Part shown: positions 10,381 through 19,820 of the stretch, piece after piece | Position numbering within the stretch: the stretch's first letter is position 1 | Layout of the letters: every line of letters begins with the position of its first letter | Assembly (NCBI GenBank): GCA_002256425.1 | Contig: NKIZ01000001.1 | Location: forward strand, 1,073,943-1,137,942 | Origin: Alphaproteobacteria bacterium PA2 | GTDB lineage: Bacteria; Pseudomonadota; Alphaproteobacteria; Caulobacterales; Caulobacteraceae | Reading direction: 5' to 3' | Length of the DNA stretch: 64,000 nt | The notes under the pieces: model-generated | What the model saw: the letters and a program-made list of their open reading frames with translations, nothing else | The model's database searches: none | What the model was told of the DNA's origin: nothing | Translations under genes and position numbers: made by a program

Positions 10381-11427
10381 TTAGCGACTCTTTGAAGTCT
10401 TCTTCCGAACAGGCTTCTTTGGCTGGTTGTAACCGATGTCGGAGCGCACCACCGGGATGAATTTCGCCTCGAAGGGCTCGGCCTGACCGGACGCCTTGAT
10501 GACGCAGCGGCCGGTGTCCATCATCACATGCTGGCCCAGACAGAAGATGTCCTCATAGTTCGGTCGGGACACCGCAAGACACTGATAGAGATTCAGTTTC
10601 GACATGGTCATGCAGAAGCTGACATTGCGGTCTGCCATGACCGCATCGATCGAGGCCATGTCAGCCGTGTCGGCCTGATTGAGAACGGCGAGGGCGGCCA
10701 CAGCCAGGCTGCGGACGACCACTTCCGTATTGGCCCCCGCTGCCGTGGCAGGCGTGAGTCCCAGATTGACGGCGCCGACAGAGGCCTGCTGCAGGCGCGC
10801 CGTGACAGCGGATTCCCCGGGAGGGAGGGCCGAAGACAGTTCCTTGGCCCTGGCCAGGCGACCTGGACGGTCTGCGACCTCGGCCTTGGACCAGGGTTGC
10901 TTCTGGAGATCATAAGCCGACTGCTTGACCGCCTTGCCCGCGTTGTAGAGGGCCTGGCCGTCGGCGTTCAGCGCCTGAACCACCAGACCCTGGGCGGAAA
11001 TCGAGCCCGGCAGACCGAGCACATAGCTCGGATTGCGCAGGATCTCGTAGGCCAGCTGTCGCCGCTGTTCAGCGCCGCTGCCGAAGCTGCGGATACCGGC
11101 GACGAAGGCCTGATCCTGCAGGGCTGCGATGGCCCCATAGGCCATGGCGCCCCTCACAAGGGCGGTCGGCTCATAGGCGTCTGCAGATTGCAGGGCCGCG
11201 GCGATATCTTCGCCCGACTGGAAGCCGCCCGTAATGGCGCTGGTGCGGTCCATATAGGTCCGGTAGGCGCTGGCCTGTTCCAGAATGGCGGGCGCCAGAC
11301 GCACGACGGCGGGCGGGGGCGATGGCGCCACGGCCAGGGGTGTTCCGGGGTCTGAAGCGCAGCCCGCCAGGAACAGGACGGCGAGGGCGGCGGACGAAGC
11401 GATCGACGCCTTGAAAGATTTACGCAT
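10381..11427 (-). CDS. Hypothetical lipoprotein
   Basis: Lipobox-like LFLAGC after a basic/hydrophobic signal; helical Ala-rich body; four Cys near the C-terminus. Confidence 0.7.
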   Translation of the reverse strand: MRKSFKASIASSAALAVLFLAGCASDPGTPLAVAPSPPPAVVRLAPAILEQASAYRTYMDRTSAITGGFQSGEDIAAALQSADAYEPTALVRGAMAYGAIAALQDQAFVAGIRSFGSGAEQRRQLAYEILRNPSYVLGLPGSISAQGLVVQALNADGQALYNAGKAVKQSAYDLQKQPWSKAEVADRPGRLARAKELSSALPPGESAVTARLQQASVGAVNLGLTPATAAGANTEVVVRSLAVAALAVLNQADTADMASIDAVMADRNVSFCMTMSKLNLYQCLAVSRPNYEDIFCLGQHVMMDTGRCVIKASGQAEPFEAKFIPVVRSDIGYNQPKKPVRKKTSKSR

Positions 11428-11571
11428 TGCGGCGGTTTTCCCGGTTGGTCTGGGTCGGCCAGGGCGGCAGACGGGCGCGGACGATTTGGTAACCCTAGAC
11501 CAGTTCGGTCAGGGACGGAATCCTTCGCAGACTGCGGTAAGTCCGTGTCGAAACTGCGGCCGGGAAGCCGT

Positions 11572-12507
11572 TCAGTCGAAGAGCTTGGAGACCGATTCCT
11601 CGTTGGCGATCCGGCGGATGGCTTCGCCGATCAGGGTGTCGCAGCTCACCTGGCGGATCTTGCTGCACTTGGCCACCAGATCGGACGCCTCGATGGAATC
11701 GGTGATGACAAGTTCCTTCAGCACCGAATTGGCCACTCGCTCATGGGCGGCGCCAGACAGGACGCCGTGGGTCACATAGGCCGAGACCTCGACGGCGCCG
11801 GCGTCCATCAGGGACTTGGCCGCGTTGCAGAGTGTGCCGGCCGAATCGACAATGTCATCGAACAGGATCAGTCGCCGGCCTTCCACGTCGCCGATGATGT
11901 TGGCGACCTCGCTCTTGCCCGGACCTGACCGGCGCTTGTCGACAATGGCCAGGTCGGCATTCAGGCGGCTGGCGACGGCCAGGGCGCGGACCACGCCGCC
12001 GACGTCGGGCGATACGATGAGCAGTTCGTGAGTGTTCTGGTAGTGGGCCTTGATATCGCCGGCCACCAGGGGCGTCGCCGCCAGGTTGTCTGTGGGGATA
12101 TCGAAGAAGCCCTGGATCTGCCCCGAGTGCAGATCCATGGTCAGGACCCGGTCGGCGCCCGCCCGGGTGATCAGATTGGCGACCAGTTTGGCGGAGATCG
12201 GCGTCCGGCCTCCGGTTTTCCGGTCCTGACGCGCATAGCCGAAATAGGGCATGACCGCCGTGATCCGCCGCGCCGAAGCCCGCTTGAGAGCGTCGATGCA
12301 GATCAGCAGCTCCATCAGGTTGTCATTGGCCGGGTAACTGGTGGACTGGATGACGAAGACGTCTTCCCCGCGGACATTCTCGTCAATGGTGACGAAGACC
12401 TCATTGTCGGCGAAGCGTTTTACCTGGGCCCGGGTCAGGGGCAGGTCCAGATGGGAGGCGACGGCCTCGGCGAGGGTGCGATTGGAGTTGCCAGCCAGCA
12501 GCTTCAT
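11572..12507 (-). CDS. prs: Ribose-phosphate pyrophosphokinase
   Basis: [32 protein letters not shown]. Confidence 0.97.
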   Translation of the reverse strand: MKLLAGNSNRTLAEAVASHLDLPLTRAQVKRFADNEVFVTIDENVRGEDVFVIQSTSYPANDNLMELLICIDALKRASARRITAVMPYFGYARQDRKTGGRTPISAKLVANLITRAGADRVLTMDLHSGQIQGFFDIPTDNLAATPLVAGDIKAHYQNTHELLIVSPDVGGVVRALAVASRLNADLAIVDKRRSGPGKSEVANIIGDVEGRRLILFDDIVDSAGTLCNAAKSLMDAGAVEVSAYVTHGVLSGAAHERVANSVLKELVITDSIEASDLVAKCSKIRQVSCDTLIGEAIRRIANEESVSKLFD

Positions 12508-12583
12508 GGAACCCTCGAGGTCTTGATTTCACCAGATGGCGCGGCTTGTAGCAGCCCCTTGGCGGGGGGCAAGTGCTGGCAGT

Positions 12584-13351
12584 TCAAACAAGCGTAATAG
12601 CTGAGAGCAGGCGGCCAAAATCGGGTTCGCCGCGACGAAAGGCCCGTCGGTTGGAGTAGAATTGCTGCTCATCGGTGCAAGTGTCGGCTCCGATCCAGGC
12701 GCAGGTTTCGACTCCGCTGCGCTGAAGACGGGACAGGACGAAGCCCGGCAGATCGAAATGCCGTTTATCGGCCGACTCACCAGCCATGAAGAAGGTGGAA
12801 TTGCCAGTGTCGGCTGCAATGAACCGGGCCTCGAACTCCAGGCCTACCTCGTAGGAGGTCTGGCTGATGCAGGGACCTACTATGGCGACGATGTTTCCAG
12901 CCCTGGCGCCCCTTGCGATCATGGCATCAACCGTGGCCTCGGCAATTCCCGCGAGCGCGCCTTTCCACCCCGCATGGGCGGCGGCGACGGTCCGCGACTC
13001 TGGATCAGCGAGCAGGATCGGCGCGCAGTCGGCCGCCAGGGCGCCGCAGATCACTCCGGTTGCGCCTGTCACGACGGCGTCGCCCTCAGGCCGTTCAAGG
13101 CCCCAGGGGGCGTCAGCAACAAGGGCTGTGGCTGAATGGATCTGGTAACAGTTTGAAAGGGCGTCTACCGGCAGATCGAAATGGGCGGCCGCCAGCCGGC
13201 GGTTCTCCGCCACGTCTTCGGGTCGGTCACCAGACCCCTGACCGACATTGAGACCTGCATAGATCCCTTGGGACACGCCGCCCTGACGGGTGAAGAAGGC
13301 ATGGCGAACGCCCGGCAGATCCAGCAGCGGCGATGTCAGAACCTGCAGCAT
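12584..13351 (-). CDS. pgeF: Peptidoglycan editing factor PgeF / YfiH laccase-domain purine nucleoside phosphorylase
   Basis: HAFFTRQGGVS, QIHS, ADCAPIL, HAGWKG, CT...FYSNRR. Start taken at the ATG at 13351, overlapping the upstream TGA. Confidence 0.9.
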   Translation of the reverse strand: MLQVLTSPLLDLPGVRHAFFTRQGGVSQGIYAGLNVGQGSGDRPEDVAENRRLAAAHFDLPVDALSNCYQIHSATALVADAPWGLERPEGDAVVTGATGVICGALAADCAPILLADPESRTVAAAHAGWKGALAGIAEATVDAMIARGARAGNIVAIVGPCISQTSYEVGLEFEARFIAADTGNSTFFMAGESADKRHFDLPGFVLSRLQRSGVETCAWIGADTCTDEQQFYSNRRAFRRGEPDFGRLLSAITLV

Positions 13352-14409
13352 CAGAAGGCCTCGAAAGCAGGCGGCGTCAGTCCCGGCTGGGCCAGACAGA
13401 CCACCTTGAAAAGGTCGCCCATTTCCTGTGGGGAGAGCAAGCGGTTCAATTGTCGCTCCAGGGTATCGAACCGCCCGGGCTGTGCCGCCGCCAGGGCTTC
13501 CGCCCGTTCCATGACGCCCATCTTCACCAGGAATGTCGCCTGGGTCAGGATCGGCCATTCCGGCAGGCCCTCGCTGGCTGCAGCGGCGACCACCGCCGGG
13601 AAGTCAGCATGAACCGTCAGGTCGGCGGCGCCCGGATCGGTCAGGGGGGAAACTTTTTCATGGGCCTTCAGGGCCTGAAGCGTGTCGCCAGGTCCCGGTT
13701 CTGAACGTCCATAGTCGATGAGCAGGGCCGCGCCTCCGTCTGCCTGGATCCGCTGGGCCAGGGTGCGGGCCAGCTCCTGCTGGGCGGCGGAGACTTCGAT
13801 CAGAACCCCAGCTGGAGCGTCCGGAAAGGCGCCCGCCGGCAGGGAGCCCATCAGGCCGAAGGTCAGGTTTCCGGCATCATCCAGGCCGACCCCTCGCTCC
13901 GACCAGCCTGCAGGCGTTCGGACAAACTGGCTGGCAGGCAGGCAATCCAGCAATTCATTGGCGACAACCAGCAGGGGCGCACCGGTGGGGACCTCGGAAA
14001 GTGAGGCGGCCCAACTGCCAGCGTCGTCCAGCTTTTCAGCCTGCAGGAATTTCAGCGGGGTCGATGTCTCCACCAGCCACAGATCCTGGGCGGCCAGGAA
14101 GCCTGCGTCCGTCCTGACCGTCCTCTGGATATCGACCATGAGGGTTCCGTCCCCTGGCCCCATTTCCACAAGCCGGAAGGGTGTGGGCCGGCCCAGGCGG
14201 CGCCAGGTCTCGATCAGCCAGACACCGATGATCTCGCCAAACATCTGGCTGACCAGAGGGGCCGTGATGAAATCGCCCTGGGCGCCAAGGGCCGGACGGG
14301 TGGCGTAGTACCCCTCCTGCGGATCATGCAGGCAGAGGTCCATGTATTGCGGGATGCTGAGCGGTCCTGTGGCTGCGATCAGGGCCTTGAGCCGGTCAAG
14401 CAGGGCCAT
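13351..14409 (-). CDS. SAM-dependent methyltransferase, MidA/NDUFAF7 family
   Basis: GYY....GDFITAP..S..FGE, LVEMGPGDGTL, ANELLDCLP, DYG, MG.LFKV; conserved lgt-midA-pgeF order. Confidence 0.9.
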   Translation of the reverse strand: MALLDRLKALIAATGPLSIPQYMDLCLHDPQEGYYATRPALGAQGDFITAPLVSQMFGEIIGVWLIETWRRLGRPTPFRLVEMGPGDGTLMVDIQRTVRTDAGFLAAQDLWLVETSTPLKFLQAEKLDDAGSWAASLSEVPTGAPLLVVANELLDCLPASQFVRTPAGWSERGVGLDDAGNLTFGLMGSLPAGAFPDAPAGVLIEVSAAQQELARTLAQRIQADGGAALLIDYGRSEPGPGDTLQALKAHEKVSPLTDPGAADLTVHADFPAVVAAAASEGLPEWPILTQATFLVKMGVMERAEALAAAQPGRFDTLERQLNRLLSPQEMGDLFKVVCLAQPGLTPPAFEAF

Positions 14410-15247
14410 GGGGCGTCGCCGGGATTTCTTCCTTCATGCCGCGCCAGATCAGCCAGGCGCCGCCAAGGATCATGGGCAGGCTGAGGATCATGCCCATGGT
14501 CATGCCGAGGGGGAAATCAGGCATGCCCTCGTCGGGTTCACGGACATTTTCCAGGGCTGCCCTGAAGAGACCGTATCCCAGGAAGAACAGACCGGCGATG
14601 ACGCCCCGCCGGCGCAGGAGCTTTGCCCCATGGGTTCCCCAGCGCAGGATCAGGAAGAGGAGCACCCCCTCAAGGGTCGCCTCATAGAGCTGGCTGGGAT
14701 GGCGGGTCAGGGGGCCGGCCCCTGGAAACACCATGGCCCAGGGAACATCGGTCACCCGACCCCAAAGTTCGGGCTTGATGAAGTTCGCCAGCCGCCCGAA
14801 CAGCAGACCGATCGGTGTGGCCGCGCAGATCAGGTCTCCGAGCTCATAGAGGTCGAGCTTGTTGCGCCAGGCAAACAGCAGGGTCGCGACGAGCACGCCA
14901 AGGGTTCCGCCATGGAAACTCATGCCGCCGTGCCAGACCATGAAAATTTCCAGGGGGTCGGCCAGAACGATCTGCGGTGTGTAGAACAGGACGTGGCCGA
15001 TCCGGCCTCCGAGGATGATGCCCAGGGTAATCCAGAGAATCAGGTCGTCCAGCTGGATCGGACTCAGCAGGGGCTTGCGGCCGCCCCAGAGCTTCTCGGA
15101 CTTCAACAGGTCGAGGATGTATCGCCAGCCCAGAAGTATACCCGAGATGTAGGCCAGGGCGTACCAGCGGATCGGCAGGGGGCCGATATTCACCAGGACA
15201 GGGTCAATCACCGGATAGGGCAGGGCCACCAAGAACTCTCCATCCAC
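14396..15247 (-). CDS. lgt: Prolipoprotein diacylglyceryl transferase
   Basis: IRWYAL, GGRIGHVLFY, GGMSFHGG, GRLANFI..ELWGR, HPSQLYEA. Confidence 0.96.
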   Translation of the reverse strand: MDGEFLVALPYPVIDPVLVNIGPLPIRWYALAYISGILLGWRYILDLLKSEKLWGGRKPLLSPIQLDDLILWITLGIILGGRIGHVLFYTPQIVLADPLEIFMVWHGGMSFHGGTLGVLVATLLFAWRNKLDLYELGDLICAATPIGLLFGRLANFIKPELWGRVTDVPWAMVFPGAGPLTRHPSQLYEATLEGVLLFLILRWGTHGAKLLRRRGVIAGLFFLGYGLFRAALENVREPDEGMPDFPLGMTMGMILSLPMILGGAWLIWRGMKEEIPATPHGPA

Positions 15248-15312
15248 ACGATGCTATGCGCTTTAGACGAGAACCCCCTCGCATTCATCCCCTGAAGGGC
15301 CATATTAGGGCC

Positions 15313-15591
15313 ATGCAGACACAGAACCCCTTTCTCGACGAAATGGCCAAGCTGACCAACGCAGCCATGGGCCTGGCTCAAAGCGCTGGCGAAGAGGCCA
15401 GGGCGGCCTTCCGCGCCCAGGCCGACCGCATGGCGGCCGAGCTGGATCTGATCCGGCGCGAGGACTTCGACGCCCTGAAGGCCGAGGTGGCGGCGCTTCG
15501 GGCCGAGGTGGCGGAATTGAAGGCTGCCCAGGCTCCCGCCAAGGCTCCGGCCAAGCCCGCTGCAAAGAAGTCGCCCAAGGCCGGCGCCTAA
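15313..15591 (+). CDS. Accessory factor UbiK / BMFP family coiled-coil protein
   Basis: LDLIRREDFDALK motif and C-terminal coiled coil; start at ATG 15313 (MQTQNPFLDE). Confidence 0.8.
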   Translation: MQTQNPFLDEMAKLTNAAMGLAQSAGEEARAAFRAQADRMAAELDLIRREDFDALKAEVAALRAEVAELKAAQAPAKAPAKPAAKKSPKAGA

Positions 15592-15727
15592 ACAGCGCCA
15601 AACACGCGATTGTGGCTCGCTTGCCGGAAGAAGCCGGTGACAGGGCGCGCGCGAAGCAGATTACTTTCACCATCGCACGGTGATTCGTGGGAAAGCCCAC
15701 GCCCGCTGCGAGGAGACCCACGGTCTT

Positions 15728-16231
15728 ATGGAAACGCCCCTTTCCGACGACGACATCATCCTGGCCCATGATCCCCTGGATGTGGTCGAGCATGTGCTTG
15801 CGGCAGAAAACCTCCAGTTCGACCGTACGGAGGAGGGCGACCTCGCCTTCACCCTTTCCGGCGACTGGAAGGATTTCGAGCTGTGGTTCGCCTGGCGGCC
15901 GGAAGCTGACTGCCTGCAGCTCTGCCTGTCTGTCGACCTTCAGGTGAAGCCGGATCAGCGGCCTGCGGCCTTTGAACTGGCCTCGACCATCAACCAGCGG
16001 GTCTGGCTGGGCCATTTCGAGGTCTGGGATGACGGCGAGATCGTCTTCCGCCACGCCATGGCCCTGACAGGCGGCGAGCGCCCAAGCCTGGCCCAGGCCG
16101 CGGCGATGATCGATGTGGCCATGGAGGCCGCCGACCGCTTCTACCCCGCCTTTGATTTCCTGACCCAGGGCGGCAAGACCCCGTCCCAGGCCATCGAGGC
16201 CTGTATGTTCGACACGGTCGGCGAAGCCTAG
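15728..16231 (+). CDS. YbjN-domain (type III chaperone-like) protein
   Basis: INQRVWLGHF, FRHAM, CMFDT.GEA C-terminus typical of alphaproteobacterial YbjN proteins upstream of proC. Confidence 0.75.
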   Translation: METPLSDDDIILAHDPLDVVEHVLAAENLQFDRTEEGDLAFTLSGDWKDFELWFAWRPEADCLQLCLSVDLQVKPDQRPAAFELASTINQRVWLGHFEVWDDGEIVFRHAMALTGGERPSLAQAAAMIDVAMEAADRFYPAFDFLTQGGKTPSQAIEACMFDTVGEA

Positions 16232-16249
16232 GGTCAGCCGGAGTTCCCG

Positions 16250-17050
16250 ATGTCCGCAACGCCCATTCTGATGCTCGGCGCAGGCCGGATGGGCGGCGCC
16301 CTGATCGAGGGCTGGCGCCGGAGCGGGGCCTTTGCGCCCTCCGACCTGATCATCCGCGATCCCCACCTGTCGGAAACCGCCCGCGCTGCCGGCGGGCTGG
16401 GGGCCCTGCTCAACCCCGGGCTGGAAGACCTCGCCAGGGCAAAAACCGTCCTGCTGGCCGTCAAGCCGCAGATCTGGCGCGAGACCGCTATCGAGGTGGG
16501 CGATCATCTGGCGCCCGACGCCATCATGATTTCAGTGGCCGCGGGGGTCAGGTCCTCGGACATCTCCTCAGCTTTCGGCGGGCGCCGGACCGCCCGGATC
16601 ATGCCGACCACAGCCGCCGCTATCGGCCAGGGCGTCGCCAGCATCTTTGCCGACGACCATGAAGCCCGGGCCAGAGCCCGCGCCCTGTTCGCCCCTGTGG
16701 GGACTGTGGTCGATCTGGACGACGAAGAGCTGCTCCACGCCGCAACCGGCGTCTCAGGGTCTGCTCCGGCCTATTTCTACGCCTTTGTGGAAGCTCTCGA
16801 GAAAGCAGGGGTTTCTGTGGGTCTGTCGCCGGAGGCGGCCCGGGATCTGGCGCGCGCCACCATGACCGGCGCGGCGGCCCTGCTGGCCCAGTCCGGGGAA
16901 AGCCCCGCCGATCTTCGCAGGCAGGTCACCTCGCCCAATGGCACAACCGAAGCTGCCCTCAGGATCCTGATGGGAGAGGGCGGACTTGAACCCTTGCTGC
17001 GGGACGCGGTTATCGCGGCGACCCACAGGTCTGTGGAACTGGGCGGCTAG
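16250..17050 (+). CDS. proC: Pyrroline-5-carboxylate reductase
   Basis: GAGRMGGA, LAVKPQ, RIMPTT, SGSAPAY, VTSPNGTT. Confidence 0.95.
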   Translation: MSATPILMLGAGRMGGALIEGWRRSGAFAPSDLIIRDPHLSETARAAGGLGALLNPGLEDLARAKTVLLAVKPQIWRETAIEVGDHLAPDAIMISVAAGVRSSDISSAFGGRRTARIMPTTAAAIGQGVASIFADDHEARARARALFAPVGTVVDLDDEELLHAATGVSGSAPAYFYAFVEALEKAGVSVGLSPEAARDLARATMTGAAALLAQSGESPADLRRQVTSPNGTTEAALRILMGEGGLEPLLRDAVIAATHRSVELGG

Positions 17051-17161
17051 AGCGCGTTCCCTTTAGACGGAACCGTCCAATGGGTAAAAGTGCGCTATAA
17101 TTCAAAGGTTTATGGCACGTTCGTTGCGATAACCGGTTCCCACTTATCGCCGCGGCTCTAG
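17047..17161. repeat. ~115-bp CTAG-bounded palindromic intergenic element (MITE-like, CIR/RIME-type), copy 1
   Basis: Starts CTAGAG, ends CTCTAG. Two nested-hairpin arms (GACGG-AA-CCGTC; GCGATAA...TTATCGC) flank an AT-rich core. Shares GATAACCGGTTCCCACTT with the copy at 50.5 kb. Its ends include the stop codons of both flanking convergent genes. Confidence 0.8.
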
Positions 17162-17583
17162 TCCGCCGACGACCAGATCTGCCCCTGACAGACCACTGAA
17201 ATGCAGCCTTCAACCTTCAGGGTTCCCTTCGGCGTCAGGGCGATCTTCGACACATAGGTCTTGCCCACCTTGGGATCATAGATGGTTCCACCGGTCCACT
17301 TGCCGTCGGCCGATGGTGAGAAGTTACGGAGCAGCTGCAGGCCGACAATGGGCCTGCTGCGAAGGCTGGGGTCTGGGTTCTTGCTGTCCACTGGTGGCAG
17401 GCCGGTCGCCTTGTCGATCTTGTCGCTGATCCAGACAACGGTCCCACACAGCTTCTGACCGCAGGGGGCGATGCGCACCTTGGCCGACCGGTCCTGAACA
17501 TACCAGACGCCTTCGGGAGGGCTGGCGGCGACAGCCGGAAATGCAGCGACAAGGGTTGCAGCAAGGACAAGTTTCTTCAGCAT
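17158..17583 (-). CDS. DUF2147 family secreted protein
   Basis: Signal peptide, EGVW, V.IAPCG..LCG, WTGGTIYDP..GKTY, C.GQIWS. Confidence 0.85.
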   Translation of the reverse strand: MLKKLVLAATLVAAFPAVAASPPEGVWYVQDRSAKVRIAPCGQKLCGTVVWISDKIDKATGLPPVDSKNPDPSLRSRPIVGLQLLRNFSPSADGKWTGGTIYDPKVGKTYVSKIALTPKGTLKVEGCISVVCQGQIWSSAD

Positions 17584-17659
17584 TGCAGGTTCCGGCAGGT
17601 GTTGATCTCGGGGAGTGGAACCCCGCAGATGCCAAGGCCTCATGGCGATTTTGCGACAG

Positions 17660-19027
17660 TCAGAGGCGGGCTTCCACCGACCCTGGCAGGCGCACGGTCG
17701 CCTTCAGGCCGCCCAGGGCGGACCTGGCCAGCAGGATGTCGCCCCCATGGGCCCGGGCCACATCCCTGGCAATGGCCAGGCCAAGGCCCACGCCCTTTTC
17801 GTTCTGGTTCCTGGCCTCATCCAGGCGGTTGAAGGCCTTGAAGGCGTCCTCATAGCGTTCGGGGGCTATGCCGGGGCCATTGTCTTCCACCACGATCTGC
17901 ACCCAGCCCTCCGGCAGGGGCGCGGCGGCGATATGCACCCGGTCCGCATGGGCGGCGGCGTTCATGATCAGGTTGGACAGGGCCCGCTTCAGGGCGTTGG
18001 GGCGGACCTGGACGGTCAGGGCCTCGTCCACGGTGACCCTGGCTTCTACCCCGGCCCGGCGAGCGCCTTGCTCCACATCATCGATCAACTGACCAAGGTT
18101 CACCGACTCGACGATCTCGCCGCCCTCGCCGCGGGCGAAGGCCAGATACTCGTCGATCATGTGCTCCATCTCGGCGAGGTCCCGCTTCATCTCAACGGTG
18201 CGGCTGCTGGGTTCGGCCAGGGCCAGCTCCAGTTTCAGGCGAGTCAAGGGCGTGCGCAGGTCGTGGCTGACCGAGGCCAGCAGGGATGTGCGCTGCTCGA
18301 TGTGGCGCTGGATCCGGGACTTCATGGCCAGGAAGGCCCGGGCCGCCTGCCGCACCTCCCTTGCGCCGTGAGGCTTGAAAGCCGCTGAGTCCACGCCCCT
18401 GCCGAAGTCGTCTGCGGCGTCGGCCAGCCTCTCGATCGCCCGGACCTGGTTGCGGATGAACAGTATGGAGATGGCGGTCAGCAGAAGGGTGGCGATGGTC
18501 ATCCAGAGAACGAAGATGTGGCCCTGGGTCGCCACGGCCCTTTCCCGCGGCGCCAGGACTCGCATGACGCCGTTCGGAGTCTGGACGCGGATGTCCACAT
18601 AGGCTGGATAGCGGGTCGTATCGAACCAGAAGGGCGCATCCAGACGAGCGGCCAGGGCCTTGTCCACCACGCGGTCCACCACGCCGAAGGGGTTATGGCG
18701 GCGGCGTTCAGGCAGGGTGCGGCCAGGCTGCAGGGCGATGGAAAGGCTCATGGACCGTTCGGCCCGATCGGTCAGCCGGGCCAGGGCCGCCGGGCTGGGG
18801 TCGTCATTATAGCTCTCCACCGCCCAGGCGATGTCGCCGGCCAGGCCTTCGGACAGGCGGCTGGTCACGGTCTGCCAGTGGGCGTCGAAGAACACCCAGG
18901 TGACCGCGATCTGCATGATCGCCACTGGCAGTATGATGATCAGCAGGCTGCGGCCGAACAGGGTTGTGGGCAGGCTGCGCTTGATCAGCCTTTGCCAGCG
19001 CGCCGATGAAAAGACCCTCAGGCGCAT
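17660..19027 (-). CDS. EnvZ-like sensor histidine kinase
   Basis: Two TM segments, HAMP domain, VSHDLRTPL H-box, N-box, DNGPG, GVGLGLAI. Confidence 0.93.
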   Translation of the reverse strand: MRLRVFSSARWQRLIKRSLPTTLFGRSLLIIILPVAIMQIAVTWVFFDAHWQTVTSRLSEGLAGDIAWAVESYNDDPSPAALARLTDRAERSMSLSIALQPGRTLPERRRHNPFGVVDRVVDKALAARLDAPFWFDTTRYPAYVDIRVQTPNGVMRVLAPRERAVATQGHIFVLWMTIATLLLTAISILFIRNQVRAIERLADAADDFGRGVDSAAFKPHGAREVRQAARAFLAMKSRIQRHIEQRTSLLASVSHDLRTPLTRLKLELALAEPSSRTVEMKRDLAEMEHMIDEYLAFARGEGGEIVESVNLGQLIDDVEQGARRAGVEARVTVDEALTVQVRPNALKRALSNLIMNAAAHADRVHIAAAPLPEGWVQIVVEDNGPGIAPERYEDAFKAFNRLDEARNQNEKGVGLGLAIARDVARAHGGDILLARSALGGLKATVRLPGSVEARL

Positions 19028-19740
19028 CAGTCGGGTGCCAGCAGATAGCCCACGCCCCGCACGGTCTGCAGATAGCGGGGGGTCTTGGGATCGGTTTCGA
19101 TCTTGCGGCGAAGGCGTGTGACCTGGACGTCCACGGCCCGGCCCGAGGCGTCGACGGTCTCCTTGGCCAGCTCCATCCGCTCCACCGGCTCATGGGGACT
19201 GCGGGCCAGCCGACGCAGGAGGGCGATCTCGGCTTCGGTCAGGCGGATGAGGACGCCGTCCCGGGTCAGTTCTCCACGGTCAATGTCGAACCGGCAGGCG
19301 CCCAGAGCCACCGGCCCGGCGGCGGCCAGGGTCGGGCGCGCGTCGGACCGGCGCAGGATGGCCTCGATCCGCAGCAGTAGCTCTTCGGGCTCGAAAGGTT
19401 TGGCCAGATAGTCGTCTGCGCCCAGCTTCAGGCCCTCGATCCGGTCGCTGGGTTCACCCCGGGCGGTCAGCATCAGCACCGGGGTGCGCCCCGCCGCGCC
19501 CTTGCGCTCCCGCAGCCAGCGGGTGAGGGAAAAGCCGTCCTCGCCGGGCATCATCACGTCAAAGACCGCCAGGTCGAAATCCAGGGAGTCCAGCAGGCCC
19601 CGCGCTGCGGCTCCGCCCGAGGCGGCGGAAACCCGGAACCCGGCCCGGGACAGGTATTCCTTCAGCAGCTGGCGAATGCGGTCGTCGTCATCCACCACCA
19701 GAAGGTGGCGGTCAGCGGCGTAGCTGGAGGTCATCGACAT
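19027..19740 (-). CDS. OmpR-family response regulator (PetR-like)
   Basis: LVVDDD, DVMMPGEDG, LMLTA, GADDYLAKPF, winged-helix C-terminus (RAVDVQVTRLRRKIE). Confidence 0.93.
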   Translation of the reverse strand: MSMTSSYAADRHLLVVDDDDRIRQLLKEYLSRAGFRVSAASGGAAARGLLDSLDFDLAVFDVMMPGEDGFSLTRWLRERKGAAGRTPVLMLTARGEPSDRIEGLKLGADDYLAKPFEPEELLLRIEAILRRSDARPTLAAAGPVALGACRFDIDRGELTRDGVLIRLTEAEIALLRRLARSPHEPVERMELAKETVDASGRAVDVQVTRLRRKIETDPKTPRYLQTVRGVGYLLAPD

Positions 19741-19820
19741 CAGGCCATGGCTCCAAAATGTTTGACGCGACGCGCCCGGAGGTCTGTAAGGGGATTTCCT
19801 TGAAAGGAGGAACTTTCCCC

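Noticed and set aside
12584-13558. Long N-terminal extensions in the ORF track (pgeF, trmL, feoA, thiC, kup, dehalogenase)
   Set aside because: The extensions overlap upstream genes or regulatory elements and lack family features. Downstream starts with an SD or stop-start coupling fit better.
19740-19754. Minimal uORF ATG-GCC-TGA overlapping the response regulator start
   Set aside because: The GGAG is only 2 nt from that ATG but well spaced for the regulator ATG at 19740. It is most simply the regulator SD.
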